A stretch of DNA of 64,000 bases from Lama glama. Lineage: Eukaryota. Position 1 is the first letter of the stretch, and each line of letters opens with the position of its first letter. The notes below the pieces were generated by a model that searched no databases, was not told the origin of the DNA, and saw nothing but the letters and a program-made list of their open reading frames with translations. The DNA lies in the NCBI GenBank assembly GCA_028534125.1, contig CM052841.1, positions 68,262,001-68,326,000 on the forward strand. Direction: 5' to 3'. This document shows, piece by piece, positions 37,501-57,000 of the stretch. Both the position numbers and the translations under genes were made by a program.

Positions 37501-39567
37501 CAGGCAAGGTGTCCCCATGGGCCCAGGGTCATTAGGGTTCCACTGGAATCCAGACCAGAGATTCCCTGCCAACTCAGCCTCCCCTGGAGCCTGCATAGCC
37601 ACCAGCCCCAGCTCCCCTCTGTCCACACAGAGGCTATACCACACCCAGGCTAGGTGTCCTGGAAACAAGGTACATGCTACACTCACAACTCTGTGACCCA
37701 TCACCTCGCCCCCTCCCTGCTGGTGACTCTGCCCCACACTGACCTTCTTTCTTGAGGAGCCAGCCTTGGTGAGGCAGGACTTCTGCAGGGCCAGGTAGCC
37801 GCCAATCACCTCGATCTCGTGCACGGTGGGGTAACGCTTCTTCAGTGCTGTCCCCAGGGCAGCAGGTGGCTCCGAAAGTCTGCCTGGCCCCTCCTCCTCA
37901 GCCTCCCTAGGCCTGGCCTCCCCACTGGCCTGCCGGGCCGCTGGCTTCCTCTTGGGCACCACCGTGAACGTGTTGCTCCCTCGGTGCTGGAGCAAAGTGG
38001 ACTGCTCAGGCCTGGTGGGTTGTGGGTGGTACTGGGGAGGCCCACCAGCCCCGGAGCAGGGCAGTTTGGCTTCTTGGGGGAACTCGTCCTCCGAGTCTAC
38101 CTCGTCAATGAAGGTGACCGGCAGCCCTGGCCTCCCAGGCTCCCCACCATTCTTGGCCAAGCCGGGAATCCTGAAGCCCTGGGTAGGCTCAGCTTCAGTG
38201 GCGGCCAGTGGGGACAGGGGTGGTGAGGATGGCCTCTGCCACCTAACAGCCGGGTCCACAAGGGCACTGGCTGGCCTGGGGCATCCCCCTTCCTCAGCCT
38301 CCAAGGGGCTCCTCTCACAGACAAGTACACCATCCTCTCCAGGCACCTGCTGGGCCTCACGCTCCTGCTGGGAGGCCCAGCCAAGCTCTCCTTCTGGAGA
38401 CCCCACAGACTGCCTCCCTTCCCCAGGGTGGGCTCCGGAAGCCTTGCACTTGGGGATGAACACGAAGGAGTTTCGGGAATTCATGCGAAGGCTGGCCAGG
38501 GCCCGGGCCTGGATGTCCCCAGTGGGGATCGTGTCCGCGTCTGGCTTGGAGGCCGGCCGTATCTCGAAGGAGTCGTTGGCGCTGGTGGCCGAGGAGACCC
38601 ACTGGCGCTGGCTGGGAGTGGCACTGGCAGGGCTGGGCGTGAGCAAGGCCGGGGGCGCGGCTGGAGTGGCACTGGGGGTCCCGGGACTGGGGGACGGGTG
38701 GGCGGGGGCCTCCTCGGACTCCACCTTTGGCTTCCACTCGCCCGTCCCAGGCGCGGATCCCGCGAGAACGTTGGCAGCGCCGGCCCGGGACTCCAAGGAT
38801 GCGGGCCCGTTGGGGAGCGGGCGAGTGCCCGCGCTGCGGTTCAGACCTCGAGGATGAACAGTGAAGGAGTTGCTGCTGGTCTTGTGCAGGAAGTCGCTGC
38901 GCCGGGGCCCGGGGCCAGGACCTGCGACGCGGACCTCGGGCTCCAAGCAGGCGGCGCGCTCGCCCACGCGCGGGACGGCGGGGCCAGGGGAGGGCGGAGG
39001 CGCGGGGCGCCCGGTCTCCGGGCTCCCGCGACGGCGCGGTACCACCGGCGGGTCGAACTTCTGGAGCAGGCGGCTCACGCGGCCGGGAGGCGGCGGTGCC
39101 TCGTACACAAGTACCTCGGCGGCGCGGATGCGGGCGGCCGGGCTGGGGCTCGGATCCGGGCCGGACGCGGGTGCCGGCGCCGGCGGGAAGCCGGGAGCCG
39201 ACTCGATGATGAGGATGTTGTCCGCGCGGATGGTGCGCACGCCCGGCACGAGGCGATACAGCTCCAGCAGCTGCTCAGCCGGCCGCACCCCCGGCCCCGC
39301 CGCGCCCGCGCTGCCGCCGCGCCGCGCCCCTCGCCGCCGCTCCGACTCGAGCCGCATGAACGGGTTCTCGCGCAGCGGGCCCAAGCTCTCCGCCAGCACC
39401 AGCTTCTCGGCGGCAGGCCCCGTGGGCTCCGCCTCGCCAGCTTCGGCGCCCAGCGCCGCGCCTCCACCCAAGGCGGCCAGCTTGGCCCGCTTCCGCTCCA
39501 GGATCTCCCGTTTCCAGGCAGGCATCGCGGTGCGGGACCCCGGGCCTGGCCGCCCCAAACCAGCCAT
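31523..39567 (-). CDS. TPRN: Taperin (747 aa)
   Basis: Exons 39567-37744, 32140-31891, 31795-31689, 31585-31523. N-terminal PAWKREILERKRAKL, KRYPTVHEIEVIGGYL, PP1-binding KISF motif, poly-Glu tract, C-terminal SEPALYF*. AATAAA (-) at 31076-31071. Confidence 0.96.
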
Positions 39568-39599
39568 GCTGCCGAGCGGCTGCCAGAGCCAGCGCGCAC

Positions 39600-39900
39600 C
39601 GGGAACTGCGGCCACCGCCCGCCGCCGGCCTTCGCGCCCCGGCCACGCCCCTCTGGCCTCAGCCCATTGGAAGAGGCCCATTCAGACCCGCCCCGCACCC
39701 GGAGGCCCCACCTACGGCAGGGTAGGATGGCCGGCGGTGCTGATTGGAGAGTGCTCCCGACCCCATCTTCCCGCAGACCTCACTGGACAGCGCCCGTCGC
39801 CGGAGCAGGCCCCCATTGGGGAGGCCCCATTGGACACGCCCCCTACGCCTCACAGCGCTCTTCGGAGGCCCCCACTTCCGCCTCTGCTCCTTCGGCCCGC
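39600..39900 (-). promoter_or_regulatory. TPRN CpG-island promoter with four CCAAT boxes and GC boxes
   Basis: ATTGG on + (CCAAT on -) at 39666, 39743, 39815, 39829; GGCCACGCCC and CCCGCCCC boxes. Confidence 0.65.
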
Positions 39901-41231
39901 CGCTGCCGCGGGGCGGTGCCCGGAGGAGGCGGGCCCTGACCGGCCGGCGGACCTACAACCCTGGACACCTGCTGGCGGGTGCCGTTGACCGGGCTCAGTC
40001 CTTCCTTTTCGTGCCAGCACTCAGCCCGCCTATTACCCCTCTCCAGAAAGCTAGGTGGAGGAAGGGCCATCCTAGGACCAGAAGGCTGTCCCGCTCCCGT
40101 AGGCAGTGCACCGGCTGCACACACAGGCCTGCCGCCTCCTGGTGTTGGTCCCTCTCGGTCGAGGGACTGCCCACCTGCGGTCCGCGGTCCTCAGTCCCCT
40201 AACGGACTTACGGAGATGCCAAATGCGGGAGCCGTACCCAGCGCTGAGAAATTTCTCAGGAGTCCCTAGCCTTTGCCCAACCCCCAGAATCCACTCTTGC
40301 TCAGACAAGTGAGCTCTGCCCACACTTTGTCATCCAGGGCCCACCAAACACGGACCGCAGTGCAGAAGCTGTGAGTAGGTACAGAGGAAGGGCCACAAGC
40401 AGGGCCACAGCTCTCCAATGCAGACAGAGCCACAAAAGCCAGGGCGTGTATTGCACCCTGTTTTGCCTTTCCATGTTACTCCTTCTTCATCTGTTGAATC
40501 GCCCCCATCCCAAGGCCGGCAGGAGTGCCACTGACCCTGAGGGCACAGCTGCTCTGCTCGCTTGCCATAAGGAAGCTTACTTCCCGTGGAGGGCTGCACA
40601 GTGCCCACCACATTCTTTCAGGTTTGTTGGACACAAGGAGAGAAGGGAAATTCTTCGAGCACAGTTGTTACCTGCCCTACAGTCAGCAACTGTTCAGCAA
40701 TGACACTACAGCCTCTCATGCCCCTCCCCTTTCAGGGACTAGGCTCCACGAGCCCATGGGGCTCTGCAGAGCCCAGGGGCTGGTCTCAACCTGGCATGCG
40801 CTTCTCAGTTGGTGGCTCCCACAGCAGCCTACAGCTACCACTACTTTAACAGCCCTGTCTGTTAAGCTGGAGAAGAGAAACTGGGTTTCAACCTTTCAAG
40901 TGTTCCTTCAGGACTCTCCTCAAATCACCTTTCCAGAGGGAGCTAAGTCCTTCTAATGCTCCTCACGCTATGCCGACAGGATTACCTAATTCTGAGCCAC
41001 CACAATAAAATGAGGGAACGACGAAACACACAACCTAAAAATATTAGAAGGAAACCCACTCCCAATGGTCAGCTTGTATCTGGTTTTGACACATTATGCC
41101 AATCCTGGGTAGGAGACATTCTCTTAGCAGGGGGACAAACCAGACTAGTCTCCAGCTCAGGCATCTCGGTGGTCTCCATGCCACGCGGCAACCATCCCAG
41201 GAAAAGGGTCACAAAGCTGCTTCGCTAGAAT

Positions 41232-41712
41232 TAGGGTCCACAAGCTTGTTCTGTAAAGGGCCAGACAGCAAATATTTTAGCCCAGTGGTTCTTACCTGGG
41301 ACGGTCTTCCTCCAGGAGACCTGGCAACATCTGGAGATTTTGGGCTGTCATAAGTGAGGGGTACTACTGGCATCTAGTGAGTGGAGGCCAGGGATGCCAC
41401 TAAACCTTCCACAGTGCTCAGGACAGCACCCCTCCTCCCCCTCCCCCAACAAAGAACGATCCAACCTAAAAGGCAGGCAGCGCCGAGACTAAGAGGCCCT
41501 GTGCACCAGGCCCCAGGTGGCTGTCAGATGACCTTGTGCACCAGGCCCCGAGTCACTGTTAAACAGCGCTGAGACTGAGGCCCTGTGCACCGCAGCCCCT
41601 GGGTCGCTGTCAGATTCTTCTTTGCTTTTACAAACCTTGGAAAATGTAAACATCTTCGTTAGCTGATGGGCAGTACAAAAACAGGCACTTGGCCACAGTT
41701 TGCTGACCCCTG
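41232..41712. mobile_element. MER58-type hAT DNA transposon interrupted by MER20
   Basis: 5' part TTCTGTAAAGGGCCAGACAGCAAATATTTTAG; 3' part AAAATGTAAAC...GTACAAAAACAGG...AGTTTGCTGACCCCTG. Confidence 0.7.
41283..41501 (+). mobile_element. MER20 hAT-Charlie DNA transposon
   Basis: CAGTGGTTCT...TGGCAACATCTGGAGA...TACTGGCATCTAGTGAGTGGAGGCCAGGGATGC...AACAAAGAA...CCCTG, about full length. Confidence 0.85.
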
Positions 41713-42892
41713 CTCTGCAGATCAGCAAGGCCCACAAAGACCACACTGCTAAGAACCAAGATTCCAATATCACACAAACTACTTGGCAGGTTCTCAACAC
41801 AGGCCTCCCCCGTGTTGTCATCACCCTGGCTCCGCAGGCAGGAAGCCGGGATTCTCTGGGGGAACTGACCCCCATCTGCCCATGAAACTCTAGCCAAGTT
41901 CCAGCCCTCCTTACAACCTCAGCTCTGTAACCAGCGCCACCACACAGCAGGGGGCATCTCAGCATTCATCGTGTTTCACCCTCAAGAGGTCAGGCAAACA
42001 CTACGCATTTCAGCAAAACATTCTCTTATTTTATTTTTATCTCAGCAAATGTTCTCATTTGGCACCTGCCTGGCATCAGACCAAAGACCTCAGGCTGACT
42101 AACGTGGGCTGAAGTCATTTGCAAACTTCTCATTTGTAGGTCTCAAGTCCTGTGAGCATCAGAGCACCTGTTCCTCTCTGGTCCCTTAAGGAGGCCTACA
42201 TCTGTCTCAGGTGCACTAACAGCGCCGGCCACAAGGTGGTGGAAAGTCGCGATACTGCAAACTGCTGGGACAGGAAGCCGAGCAGCACCATGAAAACAAG
42301 TTCTTTTCTCCAGCGACAGTTCTCCAGATAGGGTCCCAGTCATGCTTATTCAACATATTCCTGTCTGCCTGGGTTGGAATGAAGAAAGGGCCCTCCTCCC
42401 CAGTAGCACAGAGGAGAAGACACAAGCTGGTTTACAACTTTTTAGAGCTCAAGCATCTAAGGAAGTCTTGTCTGAAGGGATAGGGTTAGTTAGCTCTCAG
42501 GTCAGTGCTGCTGGCCAGAGGACCCCCCGGGGCCAGCTTTGCAGCCTTTGCATGGGGGTATTTTCCCAGGATCCATGAAAATACTCAAGAGTCCATCAGG
42601 ACATTTTACTTGTATGCAGTTTCCAACTGTCAGATGAGTTCAGGACTGTCTGGCCTGGGGCCCTTCTTAGGATCTCAATTCAGGATTAGCTATTCAAAGC
42701 ATGAAATAAGAGAGAATACATTTTAAAGATCAAGGCTGCTCTTTTTAGCCCTGCTGAGGAAACAATTTGAGATATGATTTGTATAGAGAAAACTGGGCAC
42801 TCAGCAGGACACAAGCTGGCTTTCAGACCCAGACTTCTCTGATGCGGCAGAAGTGGGTCCTCAGGTTGGGGTCCAGCATGTCCTCTGCGAGG

Positions 42893-43303
42893 CTAGTTGA
42901 CCCGGCAGGCGCGGATCATGAGCAGCTGTAGGAGAATGAAAACCGGAGAAGTGATCAGGCCGAACCAGAGCTCCCGAGTCTGCTCCACCAGCTTCTGGCA
43001 CAACAACATCTCGAAGACAAACTTGAGGCTAAGAACCGTGAGGACCCAGAAAAGGCGGAGCACGGCCAGACGCTTCTCTCCGTCCTGGAAGAGGCGCACG
43101 GAGACGATAGTAGTGAAGTAGGTACTGAGCCCGTCAGCAGCGAAGAAGGGCACGAACACGTTCCACCAGGAGAGGCCGGGAGCCAGGCCGTCCACACGCA
43201 GGGCCAGCAGCACGGAGAACACCAACAGGGCCAGCAGGTGCACAAAGATCTCGAAGGTAGCGAAGCCCAGCCACTGCACCAGCTCCCGGAGCGAGAAAAG
43301 CAT
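42893..43303 (-). CDS. TMEM203: Transmembrane protein 203 (136 aa, intronless)
   Basis: MLFSLRELVQWLGFATFEIF...LLMIRACRVN*, several hydrophobic segments. AATAAA (-) at 42035-42030. Confidence 0.97.
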   Translation of the reverse strand: MLFSLRELVQWLGFATFEIFVHLLALLVFSVLLALRVDGLAPGLSWWNVFVPFFAADGLSTYFTTIVSVRLFQDGEKRLAVLRLFWVLTVLSLKFVFEMLLCQKLVEQTRELWFGLITSPVFILLQLLMIRACRVN

Positions 43304-51615
<8,312 letters not shown>

Positions 51616-52563
51616 GGGGTCGTCCTGCTGGCCGTGGCTACTCCCGCCAGTGGTCTCAGGGGGGCCCTGTCTGATCCCAGCCGGAGGACTGTCAGCTCTT
51701 CTGCACAGCTGACTCAGCTCCCACCCTCACCCTGACCCTGCTACCTGTCCACCACCCAGCCTACCCCTACACCATGGCTCCAAGTCTGCCCCTCCCCTCC
51801 TTCCAGGGTTCCTGGGTCCTGGTCAGGTTGGCTCCCTGGGCTGCACCACCCCACCCAGAGCTTAGGACCTGAGCGGCCGGAGGAGGCCCCCGGCAGCACA
51901 CCCTTCGTCGCCCTGTTCCAGGACAGACCCCACAATAAACGATGGCCTCTGGGTGGCTGCTTCCCACCTGCTCCTCCTGGTGTTGTCAGGGTCCTTAGGT
52001 GGGAGGTGGGCCCACAGCTCACTGCATGGGAATAGCCCACCCAGGGTGGGCACAAGTATACTGCCGCTCAGCCAGGCACTTTGGTGCTTGATTCTGATGC
52101 GCTGGGGTCCAGCTGTTTGCCCACCTTATACAGGCTCCGCTCTGGCCCCTGCAGCCAAGCAGTGGGAGGCCTGAGGCACCAGGCCAGGGTGCTCCAATCC
52201 ACTGGCCCCAAAACAGAGGCCCTGGGCCCTGGGCGGGGAGGGGCGTGGCCCAAGATGGGGTGCCAGTGGGAGTGGAGTCCCCGCCCCTGGGAGGGGAATT
52301 TTTGTTGGAGAAGTTGGGCGGGCCTACGCACCCTGCCTCCACCTAGAATCGGCTGGCTGGCTGGCAGTCAGTCACTCCCTGACACGCAGATCCCCAAACC
52401 TGGGGCGGGGCTGGGGCAGATCCTGTTGGGGACAGAACACAGGGCCTAGGAGCTGGCCCGGCAGCTGGGGACCAAGTGAAGTTCACGTTGAGTGAGGCTC
52501 GAAGCCAGGAGGAGGCGGCCATTGCTGTAAGGTCAGTGCCAGACCCTGCCCTAGAGGGCCACA

Positions 52564-53460
52564 CTGAACTTCACAGCCTTAACCACCCCCATCGCAGCCC
52601 TGGAGTCCCCGCCCACCCATCCTGACTCCTGCCCTGGGGCTGCCACCCCTGAACTGTGCCCTAGGGCCCCCACTCATGGCCCCACTGACCTCAGCTCTGG
52701 GCTCACCAGTCCGCCTTCGGCTTCTCTGGGCCCTGAGCACCTGGATTCACTGTGCCAGGTGCTGGCAGACGACGGGTTGGACAGCAGGGCCCCTGCGAAC
52801 CTCCAGGGTGCCAGGATTCTGGACAGTGAACCCCTGCTGGGGGCAGCAGTCATAGACTGCCCCTGGGCCCCCACAGAGGACGGGGACGAAGACGAGGAGG
52901 AGCAGGCTGGGGAGCAGGGGGAGGAGGAGGAGTGTCCCGTCTGCACAGAGCCCTACCGGTCCGGTGAGCACCAGCTGGCCCTGCTGAACTGCGGTCACAG
53001 CCTGTGTGCAGGCTGCCTGCACCGGCTGCTGGGCGCGGCCCCCAGTGCCGACCTGGGCCGGGTGCGCTGCCCGCTGTGTCGCCAGAAAACACCCATGCTT
53101 GAGTGGGAGATCTGCCGGCTGCAGGAGGAGCTGCTGCAGGCCGACGGGCCCCAGCGCCCCGCGCCCGCTGCTCCCCTCGGGCCCCTCCACGAGAGCCCCG
53201 GGCCCTGGGCCCGCCTAGAGCACCGCTACCAGCTGCACTTCCTGACGAGGCCCCTAGGCGGCCGAGGCTGCCTGCCCTTCCTGCCCTGCCCGCCCTGCCT
53301 GGGTGCCTGGCTCTGGGCCCTGCGGGAACGAGGGCCCTGCGCCCGCCGCATGGCGCTGCTGGGCCTGCTGGCCCTCGAGCTGCTGGGGCTACTGCTCATC
53401 TTCATGCCGCTCATACTGCTGGGGCTGCTCTTCGTGCTGCTGGACGGCTCCAGCCGCTGA
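52564..53460 (+). CDS. Unnamed RING-HC (C3HC4) protein with C-terminal transmembrane region, RNF183/RNF186/RNF223-like; start uncertain (candidate CTG at 52564 or 52600)
   Basis: Frame open from 52555 to TGA at 53460. Acidic tract, then CPVC-x15-CGHSLCAGC-x17-CPLC, then ~34-residue Leu-rich hydrophobic stretch. GC boxes at 52231-52290 and 52402; AATAAA at 54253-54258. No in-frame ATG before the RING. Confidence 0.85.
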   Translation: MNFTALTTPIAALESPPTHPDSCPGAATPELCPRAPTHGPTDLSSGLTSPPSASLGPEHLDSLCQVLADDGLDSRAPANLQGARILDSEPLLGAAVIDCPWAPTEDGDEDEEEQAGEQGEEEECPVCTEPYRSGEHQLALLNCGHSLCAGCLHRLLGAAPSADLGRVRCPLCRQKTPMLEWEICRLQEELLQADGPQRPAPAAPLGPLHESPGPWARLEHRYQLHFLTRPLGGRGCLPFLPCPPCLGAWLWALRERGPCARRMALLGLLALELLGLLLIFMPLILLGLLFVLLDGSSR

Positions 53461-55025
53461 GAAGAGCCCGCCGGGTCTGCCACCAGCACGGCCTGGGCTT
53501 GAGGTAGCCATGGCCACCAACGGATGGGAGGCCCAGACTGGCCCAGGCCCTGGAGCCGTGGGGCCTGATGGCCAGGCTGAAGAACCCAAGGTCGATCAGG
53601 GCACTAACTTTCAACCCAGACCCAAGCCTCGGACCCAGGGCCACCCAGAAGCCTCTGACCCAGCCGGAGACTCCACACTGCCCTGCTGCCCAGACGCTAG
53701 CCAGTGGTGCCTAAGGACAGCACCAGAGGAGGCCTGTGACCAGGGCCCGAAGTGCCCCTCGAGGGACAGGCCCCATGCTGACACTGGGCTGTCCCCGCTC
53801 TCCAGCCTGGCCTGTCTGCAAGAGGGGCACAGACACCGCGGACACAAAAATGAACAGAGGCCTGGGTCAAGTGCTCGGAGTGGGTGGGGCCCTCAGCAGG
53901 CACCTGCCCACGTTCCAGCTGAGAGTCAAGTGTGTGTTCCCTGAAGATCAGGGTAGCCGAGGGGAGGGCCCCTGCTGCACAGGCCCGGCCCACAAAGGGC
54001 CTCCTCTGCCGCCGGGCTGGGGTCCAAGTGGTGGCCCTGAGCAGCCCCAGGGGTGGAGGGGAGTGGCAGCACATGCCCCTCAGCCACAAGGGACCAGGGC
54101 GGGCCCTGGGGCCGAAGGCACCCTCACTCCCCTGCAGCCCCCCATGGCTGAGCCTGGGGCCTTTATTTGAGGGACAGACGCAGTCACAGCACCCCCCTCG
54201 TGGGCTCATTGGTGGCACGCCGAGCCCTGTGCCCGGCACAAGAAATGCTGTCAATAAACAGCTGCTCCTGACAGTGTCGTGACTGAGTCCTTATCGTCAT
54301 CACCCTGCCTCCACCAACTAGGTGACAGAGCCCCTTCTTCAAATCCAGGTCGTCTGAGTGCCAGACCCAGGGCCCTGAGGGCTTCACATCTGACGGTGAC
54401 TGCAGCCAGCCTGTGTCCCAGCCTCGGCTCAGACTGGCCCGTAGGCCCTTCTCACACCACCTCAGAGAGCCATGCGGGCACCAGGAGCCGGCTGGACGGA
54501 GCTGTCTGCCTATAGGCTGCACTCACGTTCAGCGGGCAGTGCAGAGGAGATGGCCTCCCTTTGCCTGGCTGGGCCTGCTTTGTGCACCTGCCCACACAGT
54601 CCTGCCTGGTGCATACAAGCAGCTGGCTCTGCGCAGATGCACAGGGCCTTCACGCACACACGCACACGGTCAGGCCCAGCCCTCCCAAGCAGCACGCCTG
54701 GCCCAGCCTGGCCCCCAGCGAGCAGAGCAGGCCTACCCCCAAGCAGCACCGGGCCTTCCTCTGGCTGCTCCAGCAGAGACCCTGTCTGGGCGGTAGCCCT
54801 GGGTACCCACCCTGGCCCAGGCCTGTGCACAGACCGAGGCTTCAGTCCAGGGAACAAGGTGCAAACTTTGGCAAAGAGTTTTAATGGCAAAGTTGGCTGC
54901 AGCGACAATGCCACGCGGGTGGGGGCCAGAAGCTGTGGTGGGCAAGGGGTCAGCGGGCAACAGGGCAGGGCCAGATCCCTGAAGAAGCAGCGAGCGAGGA
55001 CCGGTGGGCGGCGGGTGAGTGGGCA

Positions 55026-55823
55026 CTACATGATGGAACAGGCAGACAGCGGGTTCCGCACGTGGCAGGTGCACGCGGCCCCACAGTACTGCCGGAAGGT
55101 CTGGTAGCAACTGCCCTCAGGCTCGCCCCCCCACTGGCCACCGGATGGGGCGGTCAGCGCCTCAGGTGGCAGGCGGCTCAGGATGGACGTGTTGACAGCC
55201 AGCGCAGCCAGGCCGTAGTCAGTGAACAGCACAGTCTCACGGCGGCAGGTGGGACAGGAGATGAACTTGTATTTGGGGCAAGACTCGTAGAGAATCTGCA
55301 GGCACTGCTCACACACAGAGTGCAGGCAAGACAGCACGCGGGGCCGCCGCTGAGTGACGTTGTACGTGTGGCCGCAGGTGGGGCACTCGAGAGGCTCACC
55401 TGCGGCTGATGCCGCTGCTGCTGGGGCCCCTGAGGCAGCAGGGCCAGGCCGAATCACATACTGATTCACGATGACCTCGTCCGCGGGTGCCACTCGGGGG
55501 AAGCCCAGCTCCGCACTGCCCTTGCGGGACCGACGTGGCAGGGGTGGGGTACGGGGTGCCCCTTCCAAGGCAGGCATGTCCCCCCCACATGCCTGGTTGA
55601 CGATGATCTCTGTGTCTGAGGGCCAGGCTCGCTTGGGTGCCAGAGCCGGGGTGGGCCGGGGTGCAGGTGGGAAGCAGGGGGCGGCCGCCTGCAGCTCGGG
55701 GAACTTCTCAGGGTGGACGATCTTCATGGCCTCCATCTTGAGGATGACATGGGGGCCCTTCAGGCAGGACATGAGGAACCCTGGCCAGCCACTGCCCGCC
55801 TCTGGCCCAGGGTCAGCCGGCAT
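55026..55823 (-). CDS. RNF208: RING finger protein 208 (265 aa, single coding exon)
   Basis: MPADPGPEAGSGWPGFLMSCLKGPHVILKMEAMK..., RING CPTC...CLHSVCEQC...CPTC, ends CSIM*. ATTAAA (-) 54885-54880 and AATAAA (-) 54167-54162. Confidence 0.96.
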   Translation of the reverse strand: MPADPGPEAGSGWPGFLMSCLKGPHVILKMEAMKIVHPEKFPELQAAAPCFPPAPRPTPALAPKRAWPSDTEIIVNQACGGDMPALEGAPRTPPLPRRSRKGSAELGFPRVAPADEVIVNQYVIRPGPAASGAPAAAASAAGEPLECPTCGHTYNVTQRRPRVLSCLHSVCEQCLQILYESCPKYKFISCPTCRRETVLFTDYGLAALAVNTSILSRLPPEALTAPSGGQWGGEPEGSCYQTFRQYCGAACTCHVRNPLSACSIM

Positions 55824-56449
55824 CCGGCTGTCTCCAGTCAGACTGGGTGTTCGGGTGGATGGGAGAGTTGGGTGCGGCCGGGGGGGAGGGGAGGGGGCAG
55901 CATCCTGGTCCCGCCAGGCCTGGTGGGGACCCTGGCCGCCCTGTGGACTCCTGGGGGTGGCTGGCAAGAACTTGGGGGGAAGGGCCCCACCCAGTGGCCA
56001 CAGTGGCTTCTCTGGTCCAGTCCTAGAAGGAGGAGAAAGGGGCGGGGGAGGGGGAGAGGAGCAGGGGCAGGGGGGCGTGGGAGGCTGCCCTGGGCTGGCA
56101 GTCGGGCCCAGGGGCTCACCCAGGGTCTCCAGTTGCCGAGGCTGGCGAGGGGGCGTTGGGGGGGGTCCCCCTGCAGCCGAGATCAGCAGTCCCGGGGCCG
56201 GGACATCCGGGCAGGCAGGGGCTAGGTGGGCCCCATGGCTCCAGGACAGGGCGCCCAGGGAAGGCAGCTAGCCTGAGCCCTGGTTGCGGAGGAACCCAGG
56301 CCCCAAGCACGGCGGCGGTGGGAGCAGAGGAGAGGCCTGGACGAGGCCCGAGCTGCAGGTGAGAGACAGCGTGAGGGCAGCGCCCGGGCCCACCCTCATC
56401 CTGCACAAAAGACAGGGCGCCCGACCTCTGACCCTGACCCTCGCTGGAC

Positions 56450-57000
56450 TCGGAACCCAGCCCCCTCCCCAACCCCCGCCCCCCAAGCCCGACCTCTGCC
56501 CAGGAGTGGGGGCCGGCGAGTGGCGACCCCGCGCTGTCCCGCCCCGCCCGCACTCACCTGCCCCAGCCTGGCGTCCCCCGGCCGCGCGCCGCCGCCGCAG
56601 AGGTTGTCTCAAAGGCAGGCCCGAATGCGGCGCCCGCGCCTTGGCCCGGCGGCTCCGGAGGCTCCGGCGGCGACCTCGGGCGATGGCGTGGCCGCGGCGG
56701 CTCCCGGGGGCGCNNNNNNNNNNNNNNNNNNNNNNNNNNNNNNNNNNNNNNNNNNNNNNNNNNNNNNNNNNNNNNNNNNNNNNNNNNNNNNNNNNNNNNN
56801 NNNNNNNNNNNNNNNNNNNNNNNNNNNNNNNNNNNNNNNNNNNNNNNNNNNNNNNNNNNNNNNNNNNNNNNNNNNNNNNNNNNNNNNNNCCCCTCGATCC
56901 ACCGCGAGCCTGGCGCCGGCTCTCGGGGTCGCCCTCCCCTTCCCCACACCCCCGCTGGCAGCGTGCGAGTCAGGACCCCCGCGGCGTCCCCACCTCCAGT
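56450..57000 (-). promoter_or_regulatory. CpG island with probable non-coding first exon of RNF208
   Basis: CpG-dense; minus-strand donor CAG|GTGAGT at 56558/56557; partly masked by N-run 56714-56889. Confidence 0.6.

Noticed and set aside
39568-39681. In-frame upstream ATG extending TPRN by 38 aa
   Set aside because: It lies among the CCAAT/GC boxes (one CCAAT is downstream of it), so it is probably upstream of the TSS; the recognisable N-terminus starts at 39567.
37952-39988. Long plus-strand ORFs (301, 503, 375 aa) opposite TPRN exon 1
   Set aside because: Antisense shadows of very GC-rich coding sequence; low-complexity Gly/Ala/Arg/Pro products with no domain.
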